DNA from: Octopus sinensis
Lineage: Eukaryota
DNA: 64,000 nt
Direction of reading: 5' to 3'
NCBI RefSeq assembly: GCF_006345805.1
Contig: NC_043001.1
Coordinates: forward strand, 84,754,001 to 84,818,000
The position numbers and the translations under genes are program-made. How positions within the stretch are numbered: the stretch's first letter is position 1; each line of letters starts with the position of its first letter. Positions 50,241 through 63,490 of the stretch are shown here, in pieces. The notes below the pieces were generated by a model that was given only the letters and a program-made list of their open reading frames with translations, had not been told where the DNA came from and did no database searches.

Positions 50241-52491
50241 ATAATCAGAAAGGATCTGTCTTCCATCGACTGGTCTTTTACTCTCAATTCCCCTCATATT
50301 GAGACCGCGTGGCAGCACTTTGAAACCATTGTCACCGACACATGCTCTAAACACGCTCCCAAGAAATCTACTAACACAAACAGAAACCGGCTCCCTAAAA
50401 AGAAAAAAACACTCATCAGGCGCATCAAAAGACTCAACAAAAAAATCAACCAATTAAAATATTCCCACACGCAACATCCACATTCAACAACAATGAAAAG
50501 ACTAGAGCTGGAAAAACTTCATCTGCAGACTAACATGAAAACCTCCATTGAAAATCAAAGAGCTGTGGAGGAACAATGGGTAATCAAAAACATCAAACAG
50601 AACCCAAAAGTGTTCTATTCTTATGCAAATAAGCATAGAACCACTGTCTCACCTATTGGGCCATTGATTGATGAAAACGGCATTCCCCAACACGATGCTA
50701 AAGAAATGGCAGAAATACTGCAGAAACAATATTGCTCTGTCTTCAGTGTTCCCACTGATATTGATGTGAGGGAAACGAACGAAGCTGACTCCCAACACAA
50801 AATCGCAGACATAACCTTCACTGCCACCGACATCGTAGCAGCAATAAATGAGGTCAAACATTACTCCGCTGTAGGCCCTGATAGATTTCCCGCCAGTCTC
50901 CTGAAGGAATGTAGATATCAACTTGCAGTCCCTCTGACCAACCTCTGGAGAAACTCGTTAGACGCAGGTTATATACCGAAAAATTTCTATCCCAGTCGGT
51001 CATCCCGGTTTTCAAACAGGGAAACAGATCCCTCGCAGTCAACTATCGCCCAATCTCACTCACCTCCCACATCATTAAAGTGTTTGAAAGAGTGTTAAGA
51101 TCAAGGATAGCTGACTTCCTGGAGACCCACAAACTCCTAAATTCAAATCAACATGGCTTTCGCTGTGGCAGGGACTGTCTAACACAGCTCTTACACCACA
51201 TTGAAGATGTACTCAAAGCCTTGGGAACAGGTTCGAACTCTGACGTCATATACCTTGACTTCAGTAAAGCGTTCGACAGGGTAGACCATAACATCCTACT
51301 CTCAAAATTAGCAAATGTTGGAATCCGTGGAAAAGTTCTACACTGGATTCAGTATTTCCTAGCGAATAGAACACAACATGTTGTAGTTGATGGAGTCCAC
51401 TCAAACCCAGCAAAAGTCACCAGCGGTGTTCCCCAGGGAACTGTTTTGGGTCCGCTACTCTTCATAATTTATGTAAACGACCTTTCCAGTGTCGTACATC
51501 ACTGCAAAGTGAAAATATTCGCTGATGACACTAAGCTCCAGCAAATCGTCAATGAAGAAGCAGACCGAACTCAACTCCAGTCTGACCTATATGCTGTGAG
51601 TCAATGGGCAGACAGAAACAAAATGCAACTGAATGAGGGAAAATTTGAGCTGATGCATTTTGGAAGAAATTCCTCACTAAAACAACCATACTCTCTTCCT
51701 TCAGGGGAACCGCTCACAGCCTCTAACAATATCAGAGACCTGGGTGTAATTGTTGATGACGATCTCAGTTGGAGTGCACACATCAACAAGAAGGTCGATA
51801 CAGCTCGTAGGATGAGTTCCTGGATCTTAAGAACTTTCCGGTCCAGAGAACAAGGTGTCATCATACCACTTTTTTCATCCTTTGTACGGCCACACCTTGA
51901 ATACTGCTGCCCACTGTGGTCTCCTCACACAAGACAAAACATCTCCAGAATTGAGTCACCCCAGAGGGCTCTTACTAAACAAATTGAAGGCATGGCTGCT
52001 CTCGACTATTGGGATCGCCTTAAAGCCTTGAAACTTTACTCCTTCCACGGTCGCCGTGAGCGGTACATCATTTGTACGATGTGGAAAATATACCGCCAAC
52101 TTTGCCCAAACGACCTGAACATTAGCTTCAAGGTTCATCCGAGACTTGGACCACGGGCTATACGTCCCCTGCCAAATTCAAGATCACAACATACATGTAC
52201 ACTGCAACATAATTTCTTTTCCTCAACAGGCCCTGCCCTATTTAACATTGTCCCGAGGGAGATCAAAGAGGAAAAGGATCCCATCAACTTCAAACAGAGT
52301 CTGGATAGATTCCTTCAAAGAATACCAGACAAGCCACCCATAATTGGATACAACTCACCCAACAAGAACTCACTACTTGAACAAAACTTGACTTAAACAG
52401 GATTCGAATAATCCTATCAGGTGGTGCTATTAAGTTAGACATGGCCTGGACCAATCTCTGGTCGAAACATATCTAAGTTTTATCTAAGTTT
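50241..52491 (+). mobile_element. 5'-truncated CR1-like LINE with near-intact reverse transcriptase
   Basis: The frame is open from 50241 with one frameshift at the A5 run 50979-50983. RT motifs: NYRPISLTS, NQHGF, YLDFSKAFD, SGVPQGTVLGPLLF, FADD, DLGV, RPHLEYC. The 3' end has a GACCA-ATCTC-TGGTC stem-loop and (TATCTAAGTTT)2. No endonuclease domain is present. Confidence 0.95.
51080..52396 (+). CDS. Reverse transcriptase domain of the CR1-like LINE (part of a frameshifted ORF2)
   Basis: 438-aa ORF with a complete set of non-LTR RT motifs. Confidence 0.93.
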   Translation: MFERVLRSRIADFLETHKLLNSNQHGFRCGRDCLTQLLHHIEDVLKALGTGSNSDVIYLDFSKAFDRVDHNILLSKLANVGIRGKVLHWIQYFLANRTQHVVVDGVHSNPAKVTSGVPQGTVLGPLLFIIYVNDLSSVVHHCKVKIFADDTKLQQIVNEEADRTQLQSDLYAVSQWADRNKMQLNEGKFELMHFGRNSSLKQPYSLPSGEPLTASNNIRDLGVIVDDDLSWSAHINKKVDTARRMSSWILRTFRSREQGVIIPLFSSFVRPHLEYCCPLWSPHTRQNISRIESPQRALTKQIEGMAALDYWDRLKALKLYSFHGRRERYIICTMWKIYRQLCPNDLNISFKVHPRLGPRAIRPLPNSRSQHTCTLQHNFFSSTGPALFNIVPREIKEEKDPINFKQSLDRFLQRIPDKPPIIGYNSPNKNSLLEQNLT

Positions 52492-53423
52492 TATATATAT
52501 ATATATATATTATATATATATATCTTGCTGTGTCTGGGAATGGTCATTTTCTATTAATGTCTTATTAATTAACACACGCACCGGTTCGATTTCCTCTCAA
52601 TTATTTTTTGTTTTCCAAAATTTTCGTTGCTTCTTGCAACCTCTTCAATAATTGTGAAAATATAAATAAATAAGTAAATGAGTGGAGATCGAACCGGTGT
52701 GCTAATTAATAAGGCATTAAAACAGAATGACACTCCCCAAACACAACAACATATGCTTCAACACACGAATTCACATAAAGAATCTAGCAAACCAAATACA
52801 AAAGCGAAGCATACACGCGCCCGCACTCACATATGATTGCATTTACATATGAGTGTGAATATATTTATATACATATATATAGGTACATGAGAATTTCTCG
52901 GTGCGTGTTTATATGAGTGCATATTATCCCCTGATTGTGCTCATTGCTGTAAACCCATGTGTCCAGCTGCATGCCATGCCTTCGTATTAGCCGTAATGTC
53001 GCTTCCTTTTGATAAACAGAAATCAATTATATAAGACAGACATAATTAATGGTATTTATAAGCAAGGAAACCCCCTTGGATAATATTGTTCCAAGACCCA
53101 GAACTCATAGGGCCGGTTATTTGGTTTCTATGGTCACGCCAAGTCTTCTGAACGGAATGTCTTCTGTGGCAGAGTTAATTTAAGCTATATGATATTTACT
53201 CTTTTACTTGTTTTAGTCATTTGACTGTAGTCATGCTGGATCAGCGCATTTAGTCGAGCAAATCGACCGCAGGACTTATTCTTTGTAAGCCTAGTACTTA
53301 TCCTATCGGTCTCTTTAGCCGAACCGCTAAGTTACGGGGACGTAAACACACCAGTATCGGTTATCAAACGGTGTTGGGGGGACAAACACAGACACACAAA
53401 CATACACACACACATACATATAC

Positions 53424-54075
53424 ATCTGTATATATAAAACTCAACTTGTGTGTCTATGTGTGTATCTGTGTGTGTGTCTGTGTGTTTAACTTCCCGGCAC
53501 ATCTCCTAGCCAACAAATCGTAGAACCACCAAAAATGGGTCACTTAAGGTTTAGGCGAATGAAAATTGAACTGCGCTATTTCTGTTCCGAAATTCATCTT
53601 GCAAGAGCAAAAATCGATAATGTGTTTGTTTAGGCCTTATCCCATGCATTGAATAGTGAACTTTACTCAGTCAGCTATTTGACGTGAACTGTGTTCACCA
53701 CGCATGCAAGCATGCGTAAATTGCATGAAAAATAAAAAATCAAGATATAAAAACGAATCGCCGTAAACATTGTAGAAATTCATCAAAGAAAAGAATTTTC
53801 GTGATGTAGCCTGGAGGGTTTTTCGTATTAATCATTTGGAATTTGTGAACACATACCAATTGTTTCCATAACATTTTTAACGCTTTGAATTAAATGTGAC
53901 CATTTTGCGTTGAGTCTGCAGTTTGAATCACTTTAACCAAATTTTAATTGGCCGGATTTTTGATCATCACGATACATCGCCAGCGACTCCCTGAAACTCT
54001 CCCATGAAATCCCCGTTGAGAAATCTATATATATAAAACTCAACTTGTGTGTCTGTGTGTGTATCTGTGTGTTTA
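53424..54075 (+). mobile_element. Non-autonomous Helitron-like sequence with a repeated 5' end
   Basis: TCT(G/A)TATATATAAAACTCAACTTGTGTGTCT... starts at ~53424 and again at ~54023. No CTAG end was found for these. Confidence 0.55.
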
Positions 54076-54129
54076 ACTTTTGGAACTACCAAGTTTCATT
54101 ATTAAGGATGGAAAGTAGTGTGTAGCAAA

Positions 54130-54519
54130 TCTCTATATATAAAGCTGAAGTTGTTTGTGTGTGGCAGGTTTGGTAGCCTTCAACTAACACTATCTCCTTT
54201 GAGACCCTGCAGCGCAAGTTGACCAAAATTGAGAGAATGATAGAAGAAGGCTTGCTCTTTATTCTGTAGAAGATAAAATTCAAATCGGACCATGTTAACA
54301 CCAAAAATTATTTACATCAAAAAGGTGCTTTTTTTCTATGAAAATCCCTATTTTTTTACGATTTTTGACTGCTGTGTCACCATTTTTCGGTGTATTTCAA
54401 CTGGAAAAATGTTTGCTTGAAGAGAATAACAAGTTGCATAATGCAAAATTTTTACTTATCAAAAATTCCAATTCTAAAGGGTCGAAACAAACACAAGCAA
54501 CACCGGGGGATACTGCTAG
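54130..54519 (+). mobile_element. Non-autonomous Helitron (TC...CTAG, inserted between A and T)
   Basis: A|TCTCTATATATAAAGCTG ... GCAACACCGGGGGATACTGCTAG|T. Confidence 0.75.
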
Positions 54520-54589
<70 letters not shown>

Positions 54590-54621
54590 CATATGAAAAT
54601 ATATATATATATATATATACG

Positions 54622-54699
<78 letters not shown>

Positions 54700-55153
54700 C
54701 GGGCTTTGGTCGGCCCGAGGCTACAGTAGAAGACAGTTCTCCAAGGTGCCACATAGTGGGACTGAACCCAGAACCACGCTGTTCGTAAGTAAGCTACTTG
54801 CCACAAAGCCACTCCTATTCAAAATTTCAGTTTGATTTTGGTATATTTAGCTCACATTTATTGAAGTTATAAGAACTGCAATAAATTAATTGTCAATAGT
54901 TAAAAGAAAATATTTTGAAATGTTTCTGTTCTGATATAAATTTGTTTTGTGTTTACTGACTTTTGCCAGAGAGAATGAGCTTTAGAATTATACACGATAT
55001 GTCAAAGACAGCTGCATTACTAATACAATTAATCAAGAAGAGAGCTTGCTATTTCCAGCTTATGCTAAGAGATGTGACAAAACGAAATCTCATTAGATGA
55101 GCAATTTACAAAAACTGTTCGTAGCAGCCTAATGACAGACGAGAATACGAATG

Positions 55154-55189
<36 letters not shown>

Positions 55190-55499
55190 TTCGGAGGATG
55201 GTTGGGCAATTTCTTGCTAAAGAACAACAGAGGTCATTTGTTTATAGTGTTCACATAAGCTCACTCCCTTCATCAAATCGATATTACCAGAACCGGTACA
55301 TAAGTTTGCCAAAAGTCAAATATTGAAAGGATCTTAAAGCAACGCCATTCTGTAGAACTCAACGAACCAACCAGTCCTCGGAATCGAAACCACTACAACG
55401 CGATCATGAGTGCAACACCTCTACCCACTAGGTTATGCGCTTTCACTAAACAGACAGACAGAGATATACATACAAACACACACATACATATATACATAT

Positions 55500-55540
<41 letters not shown>

Positions 55541-55984
55541 CATATATATAATATATAAATATAAATATATATAAATATATACACACACACATGCATGATG
55601 CATGCGTATATACGCATGAGTGTGCATGCGTATAGTAAACTATCCAACCGAGCGATAAATGGAGTCAATAATAATTGTTGACTTTGAAGTTCCTATAATA
55701 ATAAAAATAACAATCCAGACCGGTGAAAGTATTTATTCATTGATTACAAATGCGTAGAAGGTTATAGCAGCTATTTCTGCGTTTACGATACATATTCTGT
55801 GCATTTTGTTTTTCATATGTTTAATCCAGTATACCGTTGTAAATTTTTCATGCTGATACATATATAATATCGTTACTTTGAACATTTAGTTTATTGAAGT
55901 CTCATGGGAGTGACGTTTCTCTTTACAACAAATTTGTCGCAATATGTTTATGTGGCTCATTATTTTGTGATGTAAGTTATACAT

Positions 55985-56072
<88 letters not shown>

Positions 56073-56753
56073 TTGCATATTTAGCCGCAATAGATAGATA
56101 GATTGAGAAACAGATATATACATATATACATAAAATGTGCGTGTGAACGCGCGCACACGTGTGTTTGTGTGTAGGTAAATCAAAAATATAAAAGAAACAG
56201 CAGAAAATCATCAAAACCCAACTGGACATACACGGTGAATATATTCGATTTACGCTCAGTGAAAGTTTTAGATGAAAAAAACAGGAGTGACGTTTCGAGC
56301 ATGGGTCTTCTTCGGAAAGAGGAAAAATTCAGAGAGAAGGAAAAAGGAGGCCGGAGCAGAGTCCGAGAACCTTAATAAAAGATAAAATAACAGAATATAA
56401 TGCAATGAACTTCATTAGCTTACAACTGTTTCTGCTATAGGATGCAGTGCAACCAGAGCTGAGTGCTTGTGCATCACCTTCTGCTTTTAGAAGCTCCGAG
56501 GAAGCTATAATTTTGATGCACAGTATATAGAGATTCATTTACAAATATATTCTGATATTTTACACTCAAATATATTCATTTACAAATATATTTTGATATT
56601 TTACACCTGCTCATTCTATGTTTATGTCACTACAATAACCTCTACTCCTTGGACTAGCTGAATTCGTGTTATTTCAACTCTTTAGCATTTAGATTACTCA
56701 GACAAGTGCAATGCTTTATTTATAAGCAATGTTTTGAATTCATCATACATTAT

Positions 56754-57083
56754 AGGCGTAGGAGTGGCTGTATGGTAAGCAACTTGCTTACGAATCACAT
56801 GGTTTCAGGTTCAGTTCCACTGCGTGGCACCTTGGGCAAGCGTCTTCTACTATAACCTCGTGCTTGTGTGTGTGTGTGTGTGTGTGTCTGTGTTTGTCTC
56901 CCCAACATCGCTTGACAACCGATGCTGGTGTGTTTACATCCCCGTAACTTAGCGGTTCGGCAAAAGAATTCGATAGAATAAGTACTAGGCTTACAAAGAA
57001 TAAGTCCTGGGGTCGAATTGGTCGACTAAAGGCGGTGCCCCAGCATGGCCGAAGTCAAATGACTGAATACAAGTAAAAGAGTA
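56754..57083 (+). mobile_element. SINE family A
   Basis: Head, (TG)n core and tail, with an internal deletion before the microsatellite. Confidence 0.9.
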
Positions 57084-58019
57084 AGTGTAGGGCGCACCTT
57101 CCGGATTTCGATGATGTGGTCGCTTATATTTACAATGGCATTATAGTAGTGACAGGGCTGATCTGGCCATTTTTCAGCATAAAGCAGGCCGAATATTTGG
57201 ATCAAATATGGCCGGTTTAAATGCTTAATAGTTAAATCTGACTCACGCGATCAATGTTTTCCCTCCTCAACTCAATTGCTGACAATTATGTTTCAATTAT
57301 ATTTTTCGAGGACAACATAAAACTTCTGGAAACCCAGCATGGCTTATATCATATTTTATGCGTTCATAAATGGTAATAACTGAGAATAAAACTGGACTAG
57401 CATATAGTCTGAAAATTTGAATACTCCTAAACAAATATCTCTTTGTTACTATGTCGTTATATCTGGGGTCGGATAAAATGGGTGGAGTGCATTTAATGCA
57501 TTTCGCTGTAGTTTAAACGGCCTATATTTTGGAAATCTTATACCCAGCTCTAATCTGAGAAAACCTGACGCTAATACTCTCAAATTAGCTTTAATTTCTA
57601 AATCATACAATTATTGATGATCTCTCCTGTTCATTATACTGTCGTTCGTCAGCAAAAACTGTATCTCTAGGGCTAGATTTCCTATTTAGGACTGGAAATT
57701 AACCAATCGATACATAATCATTGTATTCAGATTGCTTTTGAATATAGGCATTAGCTACGTCTTATACAATCTTACCCGAGTTTCAGTGTCGCTTAGCATA
57801 GATATTAAACAAACAGAAAATTATCATTTTCACTAGTGACTACGATAAACGTATTATCCAGAAGGAAGCCTGTTGATGTCGTGTTATTATTTCTCCCTGG
57901 AGTATTTGAAACTTATAAATAGTAATTAAGAAAACCGTAAAACGGTAACCAAATTTTTTTAAAGTCTCATAGGTTATAAAAACTAATGTACATTTATGTC
58001 AAGTTATGATTAATAATAG

Positions 58020-58510
58020 ATGACATGGCAAGCATTGACAATTTGGGTCGACTAAAAATACTCAATCTCTGCTTTCTCCAACGCTGCCGGCAGCGCCACA
58101 TCATTTGTGTGATGTGGAAAATATTCCATCAATATTGCACAAATGATGTTGGCATCAATTTTAAAATCCACCCAAGACTTGACCCCCGTGCTATCCGTCT
58201 ACTACAGAAATCGTCCTCAGGACACATACGCCACAAATACTTTACCTCAACCGGCCAGATCTATTTAACACCATACCAAAATACGTCAATACGGAACCTA
58301 ATCCATTGAATTCAAAAGTTCAGTGGACAATTTTCTTCAAAAAATCCCGGACGAACCACCTACACCTGGCTATATGTCTCCAACCATAATTACCCTTTGC
58401 TAGAGTGGGCCATGTTGACCCATATATGACTAAAAGACTTCACCAAATGGTGCTGTTAACTTAGACATGGCCTATACTGTCCGAAACCTGTCAAAGTTAT
58501 CAAAGTTAAA
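58020..58510 (+). mobile_element. Old degraded 3' fragment of the same CR1-like LINE family
   Basis: RLKILNLCFLQRCRQRHIICVMWKIF...NDVGINFKIHPRLDPRAIR parallels the C-terminus at 52.0-52.2 kb. The tail ggtgctgttaacttagacatggcc...ccgaaac(TCAAAGTTA)2 matches 52421-52491. Confidence 0.9.
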
Positions 58511-58870
58511 ACATACATGTAAGTGAAACACGGTATGTAAATTAGTAGCCCCAGTTTAATGCAGCTACTGTAATTGTCGAGTATATAAAAGGACTGCCTA
58601 CTCGTTTGTCCGGGATTGGTCAAATTGATGCAAACATCTTCGATAAGAAGCCAATAATATTCTGAACCTCCATTAAGGTTGTTCATGTTGCTCAATCTAC
58701 AGAGAAATTAGCTGTATATATAAAACATATGTTGCCCATACACACACTTATATGCGTATGTATACAGACTTAGAAATCCCTGTCAGCACTCTTTCAAAAT
58801 GTAAGCCTTTCAGATTAATATAAAACGGTTTATATTGTAACTCGACATAAACACACACACAAACACACAC

Positions 58871-58945
<75 letters not shown>

Positions 58946-59058
58946 ATAACAATAATAATATGAGGGAATATTATTCCAAACTTACAGGGGAAAATTCAAT
59001 TTAGAAATACTCAATCAAATTTCACAAAATATAATATAATATAATATATATATATATA

Positions 59059-59248
59059 TTAGAAAAAACCCACCTTTTATCAATTCAATAATATATAGCA
59101 AATATATACGTTTTATTTATTATTTTGCACATTACTTAATCATTGTTATATGTTATATCTTAAAATTAATCTTTCTATAGTATGTAATTTTTCTAAATGG
59201 TATAATTTAAATTTTCATTATTCAATTGATAAAAGGTGTTTTTTCTAA
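59059..59248. repeat. AT-rich element with ~33-bp terminal inverted repeats embedded in (TA)n
   Basis: TTAGAAAAAACCCACCTTTTATCAATTCAATAAT versus the reverse complement of the right end, TTAGAAAAAA--CACCTTTTATCAATTGAATAAT. Confidence 0.75.
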
Positions 59249-60253
59249 TTTATATATATATATATATATATATTTGTGTGTGGGTGTTGGTGTGTGGGTG
59301 TGTATGTATTATTTTGGGAAGGATACTCTGAAGTTATATGCTATCTCCTTTAAAGCACGCTCCGAGAATCGAATTTAATAAATTTCCAAATTCCACTAAG
59401 CTCGGATTCGATTTTTAATTCGTTGTAATGAAGAAAATAAATAGTTCAGACTCATAGACAAAATACTTCCTCACGCATAGCGATATCTTCCAATATCTTC
59501 TCTCTAAATTTGCAGTCATAATATAATCCTTCAATTCGATATTTTCTTTCTTATGTTGCGTTATTTTGACTGATAGTGATTAGTTCCCATGAACTCTCTT
59601 TTTTTTAGTAATTTATGTTGCAGTCACGTTACTTTTATCTTATTGTTGATCGATCCGAATATCCTAGATAAAACGACCCATCAAAATAAATTCAATGAAA
59701 CTATAGTAAAACATACAGGCACTTATGTATATGTAAGTGTACACACACACACATACACACATGTATGTGTAAATGTACACGCATGCGCATATGTATGCGT
59801 AAGTGTACAGACATACACAAACACACAGACTATCACTGTAGCGGGCAAACTTCCGCATGTGATGTACACTGCCGGTCACAATGTGTTTCATCGCATTCTA
59901 GAATTATTAAAGGCTTTGCCAGTACAACGTAGGGTTGCCATTTATATTTGACTGAACGCATCACCGGTCTGGGTATCGAAACCACAAGCTATCGATCATA
60001 AGTGTAAACCCGTAACCACCTGACCATACGCCTTCGCACACACTAACACACAAATTATTTCATCGGTTCGTTTTTTATTAACGTATCTTTCTGTATTTAC
60101 TACTTAAACGACATTGAAAATTCGATGTAATTCAAATATATTCTCATTTTATTAGCTACCACAATAATATATTGGTTAAGGCTGAAGCTATTATGGATAT
60201 CCAGTCTTGCAATAAACAATGTATTTATCTAACTAATATATATGAACATATAT

Positions 60254-60735
60254 AGGCGCAGACACGGGTATTTGTGGTTAAGAAGCTCGCTTTCCTACAT
60301 CGAGGTTTTGGGTTCTGTGTCACCGCGCGGAAAATTGGGCAAGTATCTTCTACTACTGTCTCAGGCCAACCAATGCTTTATGACTGTATTTGATTGCCAG
60401 AAATTGTGGAAGCCCGTCGTCCATGTATATCTTCGTGTGTGTTTGTGTTTGTCTGTTTGTGAGTGAGTGTGTGGGGGGTGGGGGGTGGGGGGTGTATATG
60501 TGTGTGTGTTTGCGTTTTTCCCTCCTCCACCACCTGATAACCGGTCACGTTTTTTTACGTCCCTGTAACTTAACAGTTCGGCGAAAGACAGCAGATGTAA
60601 AATAAGTAGCATATGTAAAATTAGAAAGAAAGAGACAACTATTGGAGTTGATTTCTTCGACTAAAATCTTCAAGGCAGTGCCCTGTCATTATCGCAGCCC
60701 CATGACAAACAAGTAAAAGTTGAAAGATAAAAGAT
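60254..60735 (+). mobile_element. SINE family A (degraded)
   Basis: Recognisable head, ttgggcaagtatcttctact, microsatellite core and cagttcggcgaaag body. Confidence 0.75.
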
Positions 60736-61544
60736 AGATAAATGATGAAGATTAGCAGCAATACAGAAATAAAGGGCAAAACGCTTAGTTTACTTATAAC
60801 GCTTATTATACTTACGTTAGAAATATCGCCACCCTATGATTACATTGCAATACAAAAATGTATAATTATAGTTTTCTATAGTAGGAAGCTGTGCTATTTC
60901 GTGTTACGTGACAGTTATTATAGCATTATAAAAGGTGATAGAAGGAAGAATCAGTCGAGATTCAAATGCTGTATATCGTACTATTTAAATACATCAATGT
61001 ACGTTGAGGACAAATATTGGTTTTTGTTTTTCATACCACGTGGTTCGATGAATAAGTGCCTATTTAGTATTACGATCAATTATAACCAATAATACTCTAT
61101 GTTTAAAAATATGTTTGGTTTATTAGAATAAGAATGTATCTACCGTTTTTGCAGATCCTCCCAAAACGGGTAAGTTAACGTTTCAATGGAAGAAGTATAT
61201 GTTGACAGTTGCAAGAAAAGTGTGCGAGAATGGAATTCCAGAAGACGGGTATTTTAGAAAGAAATGCTCATTGCAGCTGTTAGTATAGTGTCGGGTGAGG
61301 GTCAAAATATGTCGAAGCGAGGAGAAGAGTTTATACACGTGAGGCCACTGCAGTTAAAGTAGTAATAGCTAAGAGAAGACAAAGCGTGTGTCAAAAATTA
61401 AGTAGCATTTCTATACGTTCAGTCTAGAATATACATGTATGTAGTACCAGTACTACTGCAAATGTGGGAGCAATAACCCGTTGCAGGTTTGACTTGAGAT
61501 ATGTAGTGAAATAATGTTTTAAGGAAGGTTTTCGCCCAGGTCGA

Positions 61545-61660
61545 CTTTGCCTTTCAACCATTCGGAGTCGATAAATTAAGTACTAGTTGAGTACTGGGGT
61601 AGATATATTCGACTTAACCCAACCCCTGAAACTATTGGCCTTGTGCCAAAATTTGAAACC
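61545..61660 (+). mobile_element. SINE family B fragment
   Basis: aggtcgactttgcctttcaaccattcggagtcgataaattaagtactagttgagtactgggg. Confidence 0.7.
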
Positions 61661-62591
61661 AATATTTCAAGGGAAGAGTGATAGGAGAATAATTTGTTAT
61701 TGGGCGTTGAAGTGGAAGGTCAGTTTTGTTGTGTCTGCTGCAGTTTTCGTTATATAAGTGTGTTCCATTGGAACGTTAACTTACCCGTTATATAAGTGTG
61801 TTTCGTTATATATGTGTGTTCACGAGGAAAGATCTTCGGTGGATCAAGATGCGAGATACAGACGATATAATTCTCAGGCGTGCTCCAGCATAGCCACAGC
61901 TCGTGAGCTGAAACTAGATGAAATCAATAGTCAAAATGCTGTTTTCGGAATCAACATAGCATGTCTGAATAAACACAGTGCTTCAGAAAAACAAAAACAA
62001 AAAAAGGATATCTCGCTGTGGTGCATGCAAATTCATGTATAACTACTAGGATGAGAAAACATACGAAAACGCATACACGTATATAACATACACACATATA
62101 GACATACTAATTTACACACACATACACACAGACACACAGACACACAGGCACGTATATACTTGCAAATACATACAGGAGCAGATAGGAAATTTTCTATAAT
62201 GTTGGAAAAATAAATACATATTACCCAACACGATTTATATTTCTATGGAAATATATATGTATATTTAATCTAGTTATCGCATATTACTTAACGACTATAA
62301 CCCTTAAGGGTAATTTGAAAACAAAATTCGTTTTCTAATATACATCTAGTATTTAAGCGTCAAACTCTTTATATACGATTCATCCAATATATAATTGTAT
62401 ACGCAGCGGTCAGAAGTGGGTGATGTTAACTTGAATTAAGCCTTTCTTCGAAAACAGAGACGAGTGAGGTAGAAGGTTATGATGAAGAGAATCTGAACTT
62501 CCTTTACGACACTTTGAAAACGTGTCTTAATACTTCAGAACAGGGGATTACTTCAAACTTCAGACTCCTCATATCCTCACAGCAGACAAAA

Positions 62592-62998
62592 TACTCTTTT
62601 ACTCTTTTACTTGTTCCAGGCATTTGACTGCGGCCATGCTGGAGCACCGCCTTTAGTCGAGGAAATCGACCCCAGGACATAGTCTTTGTAAGCCTAGTAA
62701 GTATTCTATCGGTCTCTTTTGCCGAACCGCTAAGTTACGGGCACTTAAACACACCAGCATCGGTTGTCAAGCGATGTTAGGGGACAAACACAGACATACA
62801 AACACATACACACACATATATATATACATATATACGACGGGTTTCTTTCAGTTTCCGCCTACCAAATTCACTCACAAGGCTTTGGTCGGCCCGAGGTTAT
62901 AGTAGAAGACACTTGCCCAAGGTGCCACGCAGTGGGACTGAACCCGGAAACATGTAGTTCGTAAGCAAGCTACTTACCACACAGCCACTCCTGCGCCT
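62592..62998 (-). mobile_element. SINE family A, full length, near consensus
   Basis: Complete reverse-complement copy from ggcgcaggagtggctgtgtgg to the (GTAAAAGA)2 tail. Confidence 0.93.
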
Positions 62999-63089
62999 AT
63001 TAATTAATTTTTTCTTTTTTATATTTTTATATAATTTTTATATTCTTTATTTATTATTAATCATTTCTTTTTATATTTTTTTCAGTCAT

Positions 63090-63490
63090 TAAACTATTTT
63101 ATGTGTTTCAGTTATTTGTCCGCAGCCATGTTGGGGCGTCTCCTAAAGGGTTAAGTCGAAGAAATCTACCCCAGTTATTATTTTTTATTGCTAATTTAAA
63201 ATTGGCACTTATTCTATCGTTCTCTTTGGGCTAACCGTAATGTTATGAGGATATAAACAAACCAACACCGGTCATGAAGCTGTGGTAGGGAACAAATGCA
63301 CACACACACAGACACATACACGCACACACACAAGACGATTTCAGTTTCCGTCTAGGAAATCCTCTAACAGCTCCTTGGTCGGCCCAGCGTTATAGTAGAA
63401 ACACTTGCCAAAGGTGGCTCGTCATGCGACTGAAACAGAAACCATGCTGTTGAGAAGCAATCTTCTTAACCATATAGCCATGCCAATGGC
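63090..63490 (-). mobile_element. SINE family A (old, degraded)
   Basis: cgcagccatgttggggcgtc...ttggtcggcccagcgttatagtagaaacacttgccaaagg. Confidence 0.7.

Larger units (their letters stand above)
53197..54818 (-). mobile_element. SINE family A split by Helitron-like insertions
   Basis: The 3' half is at 53197-53420 and the 5' half (ggtgccacatagtgggactgaaccc...aagccactcct) at ~54698-54818. The foreign sequence lies inside the internal microsatellite. Confidence 0.8.

Noticed and set aside
60742-61092. 116-aa hydrophobic ORF
   Set aside because: AT-rich codons (Ile/Tyr/Phe/Lys bias) typical of random ORFs here, with no motif or splice support.
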